A stretch of 56,639 nucleotides of DNA from the NCBI GenBank assembly GCA_001642005.1, contig LWCA01000087.1:1-56639 (forward strand). Direction: 5' to 3'. How positions within the stretch are numbered: the stretch's first letter is position 1; every line of letters begins with the position of its first letter. The stretch is from Intoshia linei. Its lineage: Eukaryota > Animalia > Orthonectida. Below, piece by piece: positions 1-13,659 of the stretch. Below the pieces are notes generated by a model that did not search any database, was not told where the DNA came from, and saw only the letters and a program-made list of their open reading frames with translations. A program made the position numbers and the translations under genes.

Positions 1-59
1 TAATTTAAAGAATACAAATTAATTAAATTTTTATTTATATTTTATATTCCAAATCATGT

Positions 60-815
60 TTAAAGGACGTAATTTGTTATATCAGTCTCCATATATGCAA
101 CTGCTGGTGAAATCTTTTTCCATGTTCATCCGACCAACAACCACAATTTAAAGGGAATAACTTTATAAGATTTTAAAAAATGCATTTTAGGACTGTAGAG
201 GCAGCTCATCTTTTGATAAGATTCCATATATGCATCAAGTAAATTTGAATAATTAATATCACGAGTATTACCCAAAAATTCGGATATTAGAGAGCGTAAT
301 GCATTATATGCATATAATTATATTTCAGTAAGAGACTCTTCAAATTTCACTGATTTAAATAATTTTCTAATGTCGGGGCCAGTGAGAATCCCATTAATTA
401 ATTGGTTATCTGAAATTCTTGGGAAAATAGTTTTTAATATAGAATTTAATTGACGTATATTTCCAGTTTTTTGTAGTTTAGAAAGGAATTGTTATTTAAT
501 TTATATGTATGGAGGAAATATAATTTTTTCATATTAGACCAAATCAAAGTGTTTGATGTTGAATTTGTTAAGTTGGAATGTTGTTCAAAGAAGACAAAAT
601 TCATTGTGGTAGTGATAACTTTTGTCGGTTGCATTGAAAATGCATATATGACATGGGTATTTAGTTCTACCAAGTTGCATTCCCATCAGAATCAAAATTA
701 CCTTAAAATCACCACATATCTTTCAATTGCTTTGGTCATATTCTATCAAGATTAACATCTTTTTTAATGATGTATATGATTTTTTTAGTATTGTAGTATA
801 CCCACTTGGCACGGA
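60..815 (-). mobile_element. Degenerate Chapaev-type (CMC superfamily) DNA transposase remnant
   Basis: Across frameshifts and stops, the minus strand reads ...FPRISDNQLINGILTGPDIRKL...EFLGN...NY...KMHFL...SDEHGKRFHQ. This matches the Chapaev3-like pattern (KLKEGIFVGPQIRKL...NFLGN...KIHFL...SDEHGERFHQ). Boundaries are approximate. Confidence 0.7.
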
Positions 816-1079
816 ATCAAAAATATGTAATTAGTGTATAATTACACACTAGTGTGTTCAACTTAGTTTTTTTACTTAATACGGTACTAAGTACTTTTTT
901 TGCTTAAAAAAACTCAGTAAAAAGTACTTTAAAATTTACATTACTACACAAACAATTACATTATAATCCTTATTCAATTGATAATTATTTATTATATTAA
1001 TAAATTATGGATGTACAAATATTGTGTATATTATTAACTATAAGTGACTATAACTGTAAGTAAATAACCATTTATAATA

Positions 1080-1327
1080 CAGTGAAACCTCTTTATAAAC
1101 CAACGATTTTGAAAATTTAACGACTAGTTTGTTTTTTGGAGTATCAAAAAAGAGTGATAAGTGTCATAAAAATTCCATACAACATAAACTGTAGACATGT
1201 GAAAATGTAATAAACAAATTATATAAGATGGATATATTTTTAAAAGCATGATAATTTGCTTATAATTTTAAGTTGTATATACTTGTATTTAATTTTAGAG
1301 GGGTTTGTTTATAAAGAGGTTTCACTG
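1080..1327. mobile_element. Tc1/mariner (pogo/Tigger-like) MITE
   Basis: Perfect 21-bp TIR CAGTGAAACCTCTTTATAAAC...GTTTATAAAGAGGTTTCACTG, with TA on both sides. Confidence 0.85.
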
Positions 1328-1844
1328 TACAAATATATGCCAAAAATGTTCCATCACTATAATACAATTTAAAACTTATAAATAAATTATAAATTTTTAG
1401 AGTTGGTCCACGATTTCCAATGTTACTCATTAATCTAATAGTAATTATAGTTTTATGTAACTGTCAACTTACTGATAATTTTAATAAGTATTTTGTTGAA
1501 TTTTTATTTTAACAATAATGTAACAGTTATTTTTATAATATGTTTAATATGAATAAATTTTTAAATTCCATTAAATAAAACTTAGACTATAACATTGTTA
1601 AGAATAAGATATCTCCTCCTTTTACCCGTAATCCATGCCAATGCGATAGTGATTACATCATTAAAATCTATAAGATCAAGATAATACATTAATTTTAAAT
1701 CTTTTGTAACAAAATTGAAACATTTTAAGTCTTTTGATCAAGTTGCCAAGTTTTATTCCGGTTTATTATGCTAGAATAAATAACATTTTCAGTCATCAAT
1801 AATTTCATTTATTAGAGCATTACAAAAATAAAAGTATCACATTA

Positions 1845-4800
1845 ATGCATAATGTAAGGAAAATGATTAATTTTTTAGTTAATCAATGTTTAGATAATTA
1901 CTTTAACCATACTTGTATTGTTGAATAAATTGAGGTAATGATTTTAATTTAATTATAATGGGTATATTAATATCGCACTAATGTAATGTAATGAAAATTA
2001 TGTAATTTTTTTAATTTTCTTAAACTGGCAATCATGTAAAAATTATATCTTGCTTATTAAATTATATTTTAGCTGCTATGAATATATTGCCACTTTTCCA
2101 CAAAAAAATTTTGAAGGTGATGTGGTGTTTGCGAGTCTAAATGTTTTTGGTTTGGATAAAGAAATTAATGTTACATTTACATTGATGAACAGTAAAAAAA
2201 TTGTGTTACAAAACAGTTACACGGCTTTTAGTCAACATGGTAAATCTCATATTATTCTATCATAATAGCAAAAACTTGCTGCATTATAAACAATTTAATA
2301 TTTTTATAGATTTTTGTTAGATGAAGAACTTATTTACCGTTCGTTTGTGCTTACTGTCAATGTGAAGAATTATGTTTTTTAAACTGATTCACATCAACAA
2401 TTAAATTTTTTTCACTAACTAATTAATGGGAACAATTATTCTAATGAAAAAATAAAATTTAACCAATTATTACGAAAATATACATTTAATCATATTGACT
2501 GAAGTAAATTATCTTATATTAACATAATCTTATTTTTTATATTAACTTTGAATATTACTTGTAATTATAATCGTTCACAGCAAATTTACTCACATTTGTT
2601 TAAAATATTCTTGATTTTCATACTTAATTTATAATAAGAAATTACCAAAATTATTCCAATTTTATATTGTCACTTCTATAACGCCATTTAATGATTTATT
2701 CAATAAATATACTCTGTCGCATGAAAATGTTTCACCCTGATTAATGAATGAATATTGCTTTTGATTATTGAATTGGAACTAATTGATATTATTGATTTAT
2801 ATATTGAGTCATTTCAGAAGATTTTTTAAATAAATTAATATCTCTACAATACTCAGCACTTAATTTAATTTTGTGGAGCCGCCAAGACGGTTCTCGGGTA
2901 CGTTATGTTCGTCACTATCTGAGTTTATTTTTTAAAGATTAAATTCTTAATGAGAGTCTCATAAACTATTTTTGATTAAAATTTTTATAATTTTAGAACC
3001 TTTCAATAATTTGCAATTAAAGGTAAATGGTATTGTTCTTAAAAATTACTTTAATTAGTTACCAACGGATTTGGACGATACTAATTATTTTTACAAGATA
3101 TCATATGGACAAGAAATTACAGCAAAAAAGATTATTAACATTGAAAAAAAGAAAAAATCATTGTTCATACAAACAGATAAGGTTATTTATAAACCAGGTC
3201 AGACAATATATATTAGAGCATTTTCAGTAGATGATGTTTTTAAAAGAGTATTGAAAAACAGTACCGTTAAAATATATGACCCCAATAAAGATTTAATTTT
3301 GGAACGTGAATATGAAAAAGATAGACTTGTGGATTTGATATACACATTTGACATTTATGCACTTTTAGGAAAGTGGACAATAAATGTTGATATAGGTGAA
3401 ATGTCGAAAAATAGAATAGTAACACTTAAAGAATATGCTATACCTCGATTTCATGTTTTTGTAAACCCCAAAACACAATCCGTTATAACGAACAATGAAT
3501 ATTTGCTTGGTAATTTTGAATTTACGGTTATAGGAGAGTATACGTTTAAGGGGAGAGTTGATGGAACAATAACATATCATATTAAGAATAGATATAGTGA
3601 TAACATACTCTATTCTCACCAGGACCCTATTGAAATGGTGGAAGGTGAAGCAATAGTTAATGTTGATTTATCAATAATTTCTGTAAAATTGCATAATTTT
3701 GAAATATTTGTAACATTAAAAGAAAAAGGCACAAATATTGAACAAACTAGTCAAAATGGATATTTGGTACAAATCAGTGACTATATTTATATAATTAAAT
3801 CATTGGATAACGGGAAAACTATAAAAAAAGATATTGATCTCGAATTAAAATACAAAATTGTCAATCATCATGATGACAGTTTTTCAATACTATTTGATGG
3901 TCCCAGGTGCTATTTATACCTGCAATATAAAGAAAAGGTATATCCTTGTCAAAACAATGATAAAGGAATTCACACTTTTGTCATAAAAAAAGAAGATTTA
4001 TCAAATTCAATAGAAATATTTCAACTGAAAATTTACTCAGAAAACCATCAAGTGCAAACTATGACGGATTACGTTTACCGATTCATGTCAAAGTCTAAGG
4101 AAGCATTATCTCTCAAATTAAACTCGCAAAGTACCAAAAATACTATATATTTCGATGTCATTGGTTCGTCACATTTATCTTTGATTGAAACGTACATTAT
4201 TGACAGGAATGGAAACAGTATTTTTTGCAAAAAATTAAATATAAATAATCTTCGTTATACCGGAGAGTTTGCAATTGTACCTGAAATGGGCACTGAATTT
4301 TATTTGATCGTTGGATCGCACATAGTTTATGATGATAACAAAACTGATTACATTTCCGATGTTGTACAAATTATGGTATCCGATAATCACAAATTGTGTC
4401 CTATAAAACTTGAATTTGATGAAAAAATTGCCAAACCAGGACAAAATGTTACCTTGTATGCTAAAACTAATTCTAAAAGTTCATTTATATGGATTTCTTC
4501 GTATGATATTTCTACTAGATTATTGTCGACCGAGACGAATGAAATTACCAGAGATAATGTAATTTTTATTTTTATATATTTTTTATTTTTTATCAGATAA
4601 TGAATCTTGTTAAAATTTCAAATCATGTTTATAATCGAAAGAGCCATTACGGATGGCAACCTCGTAATAGGAAAACAACAATTGGTGTGTTTGAGGTGAC
4701 TTTATTTTAATAATTAATATTATTTATAATATAGTCGGCTAAAACAACATTGATTACAAATATAGATTTAAGTCAAGGTAAAAATAATGTGTTTTAGATC

Positions 4801-7800
4801 GTTAAATGGGATCAATTGTAGATAGTAAACTTTAAGTATAACAACTGAAAAGTATTTTTACCACATATACAATGAAAATTCACTTTTATTTAACTTAAAA
4901 AAACATTAAAAACACATTGTTACATTTCATTGAATTATTTTTACACTTATTGTTTTTGAGATTTACTATTCAAATATCACATTATCTGTCATTTCATGGT
5001 GGCTTCGAAAGGTTTTAGGTGAGTGGTAGTAATCATTTTGAATCAATTTAAATGTTTATCCTATAGGTTGGACTATGAGAAGATTTGATAAAGTTCTTGG
5101 TAATTCTAAACGATAAGATTTTGTGAAATATAATAATTATAATTTCGAATATGTATACTCATTTACCTCTGATCTAATCAGTTACTTTTCAATCTATATG
5201 CTTCATTTGTTCCAGAATAGTACCCTTATTCTTGTTTTGTTATAAAAAAACAATTAATATACATGAAATACGAATTAGTTATCTACTATTTCATATAAAT
5301 GAAAATTTTGTATTTCTGTGTGTATAAATTTTTTAAATTAAATAGAAAATACTTTTTCAAATGTAATGTTAATTAATTAATATTATGTATATTATTATTA
5401 ACATTAATATTATTATTAATTAATATTAAAATTAATTGTATTATGTTTTGTTAATTATAATGTCAGATTTATCAAATGTAGGTATATATCGCATATGATA
5501 TTTTCATATAGTGATCCTTATATTCAAAACTCGGTAGTAAATCTTAAATTTTTACTATTTTCACATACTGATCAAATTAATATATGTTTCATTTACATTG
5601 TAAATTTTGATTACTGTGTTTGTAAAATTACATATTATAATTTTTTTTTCTTATTTTAATATAGAATATCAATATTATACCATGGATGGTAATGTAGGCG
5701 CTCCCGGCCCGGTCGACTTGGAGAAAACTCCAGCAAACGAACAACCTTCAGAACTAGATACTACTGATATAAAAATTCGTAGAGATTTTAAAGAAGTTTG
5801 GATTTGGGATGTTTTGAAAACTGAGTATTTTTAAAATAATTGAATGAAAATTAATTGTTTGATTTAAATACTGTGCATTTTTTGCATTTTGCATTAGAGT
5901 CATGGATTGTATGCAATCTAGGACAGTGATTCTGAACCTTGACATTTGAGTTTATTTTATATATTTTTAAAAATTAGTTTAAAATTTTTACATTGATTTT
6001 TTTTTGATGAACATTTTGGGATTTACTATTTAATATGATCCATCCATTAACATTTTATAACAAATTATAAATTATAAACAAAAAAAAGTGGTTCACGGCT
6101 ATATTTTCATAAATGAACCCTTTAATTAACATTAATACAGTCTATTCTGTTCTATATGAACACGAAGGGATCATGTTCATACTATACTGTAATATGAACA
6201 TATGAATGGCGATAATAATATAATTAAAAGTTTCGAAATATCCAATCAATGTTTGTTCAAACAAAATTGTCGTGTTCATATTGAGCTTATTTCATATTCT
6301 AAGATGTTCATATAGAACAGAATAGACTATAATTATAATTTACACAAATAATTATACATTTTAATAATTAACGCATGTATTTAAATTGTAATCCTTACTT
6401 ATATAATATGGTACGCGATTTTTGTTTGTGTGTGTGTGTTCCACTTTCTTGAAATAACTACTAGTCTTAGAATTTTATAAAATTCACATTTCAATTACAG
6501 TTTTTTCCGGTACATATAATAAGATAAATTTCAACCTACCAAACTCACATCTTACGGGTCAAAAACCCTAATTGTCCTTCTTTTTGAAAATCAAACGAAT
6601 TGGAGAATTTAAGAAAATATATACGCTAATACGTATTTTAAAATCATAAAGATTATAATAAATTTAAAATTAAAAACATTATATCTTCAGGGCCAAAAAC
6701 ACAAATTACCCTTCTTTTTTTAATGAAAATGGCCCTAGATTTTAAAAATTTTACAGGTGGTACAGTTGTATTCTGTTAACACACAAAAAATTTCAATCCG
6801 AATAAGAGACGACTTCACTGTTAAAAAAGCATTTTAGTATTCCTATATTTTTTTCCGAAATATTTTATTAACCCTTACGAGATTATGCTGATTTTCAAAT
6901 TTGAAAGCAAAAAATTTAAAGCTCAAAATTCACAAATTTCAAATGTCATTGATTTGTGAAGTGAACAACTTAAATTTGGCTTTAATATTTGGCTAAGAAT
7001 TAGCAATAAAATATATTTAATTTATGACACGCAATTACAATCACGTCGCAAACAAAAAATGTAAAATAATTAACGGTTCCAAAATTAAAAAAAAAAATTA
7101 TTCTGATAGAGCTTATTCCAGTTGATACAAATACAAAAGTTCAACCCGAGAAATCTACGCATTTCGGTGAAAAACAATTGTTAATATATTATCAACCAAT
7201 ATTTTTCAAATATTTCGATTAAAATAAAAATTGAAAATATAAATATTGATCCTACAATTTTAAAAATAGTCAATCATAAAAATTATAATAAATTGCAAAC
7301 CCAAAAAATTTCATTTTCACGATCAAAGGCTCAGTTGACCTTTTTTATATAAAATAAAATCATCCCGACAATTTAAAAAAAATTTAAAGATGATAGTTAT
7401 ATCTAGTATTATATAGTAATAATATAATGTTTATTGTTAATGTTAGTTATAATGCATTTCTTTTGATAATGCATTTTAAAATATAGTATGGTTTATTTTT
7501 TGATGTCAGAATTTTTTAATAAATATTAAATTTTCTTTAAAAATTTTGTAATATGACCTGGCCTACAATCATGAGGGGCCTATGTTTTAAATTTATTAAT
7601 AAATAATGCTGAATAATTTCTTAAATATACCAAAGTTTCGATCACCAATATGATTTCAAACGATTATTCTTAATTTATAGATAATGAACGATCGATTAAA
7701 CTGATTAAATTATTATTTTTTAAAATTTTTTTATAGGTCCTACAATTTCCATATGGCTGGACTCACTGTTGACTCTTCACGGTCCTGCCGATACTAGAGA

Positions 7801-10800
7801 CATAAAAAATATTTATAAAAAAATTATTAAATATTACCTTTTTTTTCGGGAACTCCATAAAATATTGAGACATAATTATGTATAAACTGACTCCGTTAGA
7901 AAATATCGTTGACTCTTCTGTTATATAAAATTCACATAAAATTGTTTTTCAATCAATAAGTTACTTTTAATTATTATTATTAGTTCATTTGGAGACATCA
8001 AAAAGATTTACAAAACAACTGATTCAATGACGACTTATTTAACAAATGCATTCACCTTTGATAGTCAAAATCAACTCTGTGTGACTGATAAAAGTACAGA
8101 GGTATTTTTTGTCCTTTTTTTATTTTTTAAAATGTAAATTTAGTTAATTGTTAAGCAAGATTTTTTCATTATAATGAATTTACCCGCGACCATAATTAGA
8201 GGTGAAATTATCCATCTCAAAATCAATTTCTTTAACAATTACGACAAGGATCTCAATGTTAATTATATATTTATTATTATTTAAATAACACAATATTTAA
8301 AAATAATTTTAAATTTAAATTTAATTGTTTAACTAAGTCTTTATTTTCAGTTTTTTCTATAAACAGTAAAGGGTTGATAAAATTGAAATTCTAGGATGTC
8401 AAATTTATACCTACTTGCAGGGTCAAGTTTGAGTTTAAAGTATATAAATCAATTATTAATTTCTATAGTAAAATGACTTGATACTGATGATGTAATGAAA
8501 TGATGAAAATTTTATCCTTTATATCAGGGTGCCAAACCTTTTTTTATGCGATCGACTTTAAATTTTTTCAATGAGTGACGATCCACTAATACATTGATTA
8601 GAAAAATGTTTCTGATCGGAATTTATGTTAAAAATTTAAAAGTATGATGGTAGAAAACATAAAAATTAATATTTGGAATAATTCGAAGCACTTCCGCTGT
8701 ATCTTTGTATATTATCGGCAAAACCTAATATAAGAAATAGTGGACTAATCCAAACGTTATAAATGAATGTAGCAAGTACATAATTTACATGTTGATAATA
8801 TTGCTAGAAAAAAGGTTAAATAAGTATAGTTTTGGTACTTACTCTACATACAATGAACTACTTTTTAAGAATATATACAATTAAATACAATACAAGTAAA
8901 TTTTTAATCATTAATTTTATTAAATTATTATTTATTAAATCATTTTAATGACGAGTATTATTAAAATAAAATATTAATTCTATTTTTTTAATTTTGGCGA
9001 TCGACTAGAAAATCATCTGCGATCGACAGGATGGACATCCCTGCTTTAAATTATCTTGTTATTATTGACATGTTTATAATTTCCTTTAGAATATTCCAAT
9101 ATCATTTGAATTTGGTGATGAATATTTTGAAAAAAACGAAGTCTTGACTAAAAAATCACTTTGGGATAAACTAAATGTAATTGAAAATTTGAAAAATATT
9201 AAAATAAATGTATAATTATAATTTAGCTTCCCTCTCATTCTAATAAAATTATTTCTATTGAATTGAAAGCTATAAAAATCGGAACTACCAAAATAACATT
9301 GTTTGCAATGGCTTCAGACCAAATTTCTGATGCTGTTGAAAGAGAAATAACGATTAAAGTATGTTATGAATGATAGTTTATTAAATTAACAGTCGGAAGG
9401 AGTAGAATTTTATGAATATGATTCATATATGTTAACCTTACCAAAAGATGCAAATGAAATTGACATTGATATTAAATTTCCAGAAGGCACAATAAAAGAC
9501 ACTAAAAGACTATTTTTGACAATGAAAAAAGGCGCAATGCTCTCTGATGTCGATTCAATTGAAAGTTTATAATAATTAACAGTTCAATATACATTTTTAC
9601 AGAAATGTTGAAATTACCTAGAGGTTGTGGAGAACAGAATATGTTGTATTCTTCAGTAGCTGTGGCAGTTTTAAATTATTTGGATAAAATTAATCAATTA
9701 GACTCATCAACGAAAAAGAAGGCCATTAACTACATTAAACATGGTAATTTATTTCATTTTTAACATTTATGAACATTAAGGTTATTTGTCGGAAATAAAT
9801 TACAAACATGACGATGGTTCATATAGTGCCTTCGGTCAGTCTCGAGGAAATTCTGGTAGTACATGGTATGCAATTAATTTTAACTTATTTTAACAAATTA
9901 ATTTCAGGTTGACGGCGTATGTACTTATATGCTTTAGCAGAGCAAGAGCGTATATTTTAACTGACTCGAATGTTTATAATAGTAAATATGAAGAGGAAGC
10001 TATAAAGTTTCTATTATCCAAAAAAAGCAAAGATGGAGCATTCATTGAAGAAGGAAAAATTATTCACACTTTCATGCAAGTCATAATGTCAATTGGCACG
10101 AATAATAATTATTTTAGGGTGGAGTGAACAGTGTATTAACTGTTACATCATTCGTTGTAATTTGCCTATCTGAACAAAATTATGTAATAATATTTTAACA
10201 CTCATTTCATTTTCAAAATAATTTAGTCTCATTTGGATATTGAATATTCATTAAACGATTCATTAGATTTAATTATCGACATGTCAGAAAAATCACCTTA
10301 TGCAAATTCAATTTCAGGATATGCTCTCTGTTTGGCAGGATCTGATGTTAAATATATTGATGCTTACAAAAAAATTGTAGATGATATGATTAAAGATGCC
10401 ATACATGGTAAAAATTATGATTTATAATTTAAAAGTATTTATAATACCCAACAATTAGAAGGAGATAAAATGTTTTGGCCCATGAAACCAGAAACAATTG
10501 AAGATACCATACTATATATTAATAAAAACCGAGCATCATTGGATATTGAAATCGCCGCATACATGCTGCTAACTATAACAAAATGCAACTATAGATTTGA
10601 AAAGGCTATAAATGTTGTTAAATACTTAATTAGCAAACAAAACGAGCATGGAGGATTTACTGGGACTCAGGTATAATTTTTATATATATTTATCAATAAT
10701 GTTTATAAATACGGGGATTAAACTACATTGTGGAAAAGTACCTATGATTCTGGGTACATATATGTAACATTTATAAAATAATAATTGAACTGGTTAAAAA

Positions 10801-12433
10801 AATAATATTTTAATTTAATAATTAGGATACATCAGTTGGAATGCGAGCTTTAGGACTTTACGGAGAAAAAATTGGAATTGGAAATTTTATTAAGGTCGAC
10901 GCAACAATTAAAAAACAGGATACTATTTTGAACCAATTTTATGTCAATAGTAATATAATGGAACAAAAAGATTTGGTATACATTGAACTATGCAGTAGTA
11001 TTTTAACTATAGTTCGTAAAAAACATTTTTAATTTAAATTTTCCACTATATTATATAGTTTCCCAATTTTTTTGATGACGGGCTGGTAATTTTAGCTTAA
11101 ATTTTTCTTGGAGCACTTAAAATTTAATAAATTACTTTTTTGTTATTATTTAATTTTTAAATGGCTAAAAATTTTTCTGCGGTCCTGCCGTTGGGATCCG
11201 CTGCACTATGTATTATTTAGAAAAAAATTTGATAATGCGTTTTAATACAAAATAAATATAAAGAATTTTCTGATTTTTATTTAATTTAATTTACATGTTA
11301 CATTTAAATTAGTTTATTTTTCATTACCCTTAGACTAAATATGTAAATGAAGAGTATTTGACAGCTAAATTGTCTGGAGAAGGAACTGTTGTATTTCAAA
11401 TAGTTAGATCAGGTTACCAAAAAATAGAAAAAAAAAATACACTCAGTATGACAGTTGATCTTAAACATGAAGAACATGAAATATTTTACACAGAATTATG
11501 TTTAGAGTAAGTTTATTTATTATTAATAAGTTATTAATAATATTATTTAATATACTCCCTCATAGCAATTTTGCAATTGATATAAACCTGTCTAGATGAA
11601 CATATAAGATTCTGCATTTTTTTATATGATGCAGATTACTAAGATCCGTATTTGGAAAAAAAATTAAAAAAAAACAAGAATATATAAATATATGTAAATA
11701 TTTAATTTTTTGAATTTTAAGAAGCTATAACAGTCTCAACAATTTTTTAAAAACAATAAAAGGGGTAATAAATTAAAATTTAATTTTTATGAAACTTATC
11801 CTTAATATATAAAAAATTCAGAAATGTATGTGTTGATTTAGACAAGTTTATATCAATTGAAAAATTTCTGGGAGGTGTATATTATATATTCATTTTTTTA
11901 TTTACGAATAATGAATACATTTCATTTAGTTCAGGTGTAGATACAGGTATGCTTCTTGTACAAAATGAAGCATTTAGTGGTTGTAATTTTGTGGATATTA
12001 AGGAACAAACTAAAGATCAAAAAATTAGAAAAGTAGAAATTTCATCTAATGGGGATACTGTCGATATTTACATCGATGACGTATATAATTTTAATAAATA
12101 GATTTTTTATCAATTTTATTTGAAATAGATTAAAAATAAAAAAATTTGTATGGAAATAAAACAACAAAGAACAGTTGATGTTGAATTTATGAAGTCTAGA
12201 CCTTTAAATGTGATAAAATATTACGAGACTGGTAAAAATCTATTTTAAATTTTAATAATATTGACGTAAGGTAGTTTATTTATTTTTAATTTACTTAATT
12301 TAATTTAGATGACAATGCTGTAATTTTTGTAGATCCGCAAAAAGCTGTCGCTTATTCTGTCACGTCTAGCGGTCAATTTATAATTCAAAAAGGATTCAAT
12401 ATTCTAGTAGTTGTTATGTTATATTTAATATAA
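1845..12433 (+). CDS. CD109: Thioester-containing protein, CD109/TEP-like (alpha-2-macroglobulin family), predicted GPI-anchored; multi-exon
   Basis: Spliced N-terminal signal peptide (MHN|IITLTILVLLNKLS|CYEY). MG2 motif FIQTDKVIYKPGQ in the 3071-4600 ORF and IRRDFKEVWIWD near 5780-5810. Thioester motif LPRGCGEQNM (GCGEQ at 9623-9637). Also HDDGSYSAFG, STWLTAYV, IIHTFMQGG and GGFTGTQDT. The C-terminus is ...SSGQFIIQKGFNILVVVMLYLI* with the stop at 12431-12433. Confidence 0.92.
6138..6329. mobile_element. Tc1/mariner-type MITE, copy 1 (in TEP intron)
   Basis: Long TIR CAGTCTATTCTGTTCTATATGAAC...GTTCATATAGAACAGAATAGACTA flanked by TA. A near-identical copy lies at 12662-12861. Confidence 0.85.
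6392..7406 (+). repeat. Dispersed repeat with internal degenerate tandem units, possibly a non-autonomous Helitron
   Basis: Begins A|TCCTTACTTATATAA followed by a (TG)n tract and could end at CTAG|T. The recurring unit (catcttcagggccaaaaacacaaattacc...cctagaattt) is also present at about 48270-48600 and about 51667-52140. No clear 3' hairpin was seen. Confidence 0.45.
8525..9043. mobile_element. hAT (Buster-type) MITE in TEP intron
   Basis: Termini CAGGGTGCCAAACCT...AGGATGGACATCCCTG; 8-bp TSD CTTTATAT/CTTTAAAT. Confidence 0.7.
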
Positions 12434-12661
12434 TAAACTTATTTTGAGTTGCAACTAGTTAATCCATAAATAATTTTTTATAAACTGTTCATAGTCACTC
12501 CTATTATATTACAATTTTATTAAGAACTAGCTTGTAAGTATACTTTAAGTGCCGCCTTCTAATTTATTTTTCGTACCCTTTTTCGTACAAAAAGCTGCAA
12601 AATTCTTTAATTTCACTTCGTTCTCTTTTTTAAACAATTTTTTTAATCAATATTATATATA

Positions 12662-12861
12662 CAGTCGATTCTGTTCTATATGAACACGAAGGGACCAGGT
12701 TTTGATTATGTTCATACTATACTGTAATATAAACATATGAATGGCGATAATATAATTAAAAGTTTGGAAATATCCAATCAATGTTTGTTTAAACAAAATT
12801 TTCGTGTTCATATTGAGCTGATTTCATATTCTAGGGTGTTCATATATAACAAAATTGACTG
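12662..12861. mobile_element. Tc1/mariner-type MITE, copy 2
   Basis: Same internal sequence and TIRs as 6138-6329, with TA flanks. Confidence 0.85.
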
Positions 12862-13659
12862 TACTTCAATTTTTCTAACAATTTCAGATTAGTTCATTCC
12901 GCTTTTAAAATATTTCACAATGTCATGTTTCTTGTTTTTATTAAACATCTTCATTTTAAATTTGGTTACAATTTAAAGATTTACATTAATTATTGTATTT
13001 AATAGTTATGTACATTTTAATTAAACTTTAATTGACATAGCAGTTTCATTTTTATAAATTCATTATCATTTTGAAATTGCTTATATTTCAATTAAAAAAT
13101 TGTGCATCAATTTCAAAATTTACTTAAATAAATCTCCTCATTCGGGCATACGAATTATTTTTATTTTTATATATTTTAAATATTATTAAATGTCTTCGAA
13201 TTTAAACATTGTCTATGAAGAAGTGATATTTTTTAACAAGAGCCATTTATTTTGCAGGCACTGTATAAAATATAAGGTAAATTGTGTAATGTTCCAAGTA
13301 ATTGTAAAAACCAAGTTGAAGTCTTTATATCGATAGCGATACTTATTTCAATAATTTATACACAATTCACGCATTAGTTTAATACAAAATTATATTTAAT
13401 TTATTATTAATATATATTAAATTACAATTAATTTATATGACAACTAATTTACAACTAACTATTACAACACTACAAATTGCATTATGTAATTCACTAACCT
13501 GTATTATACAGGCTATGCTATTATACAGGTATGTCTTCCATAAACCAAAACTAAACATTGACTAAAAAATTGTCAACACGAAATGTATTTTATTGACACA
13601 ATAATTTACCAACGAAACCGCGCATTTATTTGTACAAGTTATTTATTATTTCAGTTTGA

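Noticed and set aside
3935-3950. ATATCCTT resembling a U12-type 5' splice site
   Set aside because: It lies inside the open 509-aa TEP exon (KVYPC); no intron is needed.
3027-4444. Short ORFs overlapping the large TEP exon (3027+, 3365-, 4235-)
   Set aside because: Shadow frames of the TEP coding exon with no recognisable motifs.
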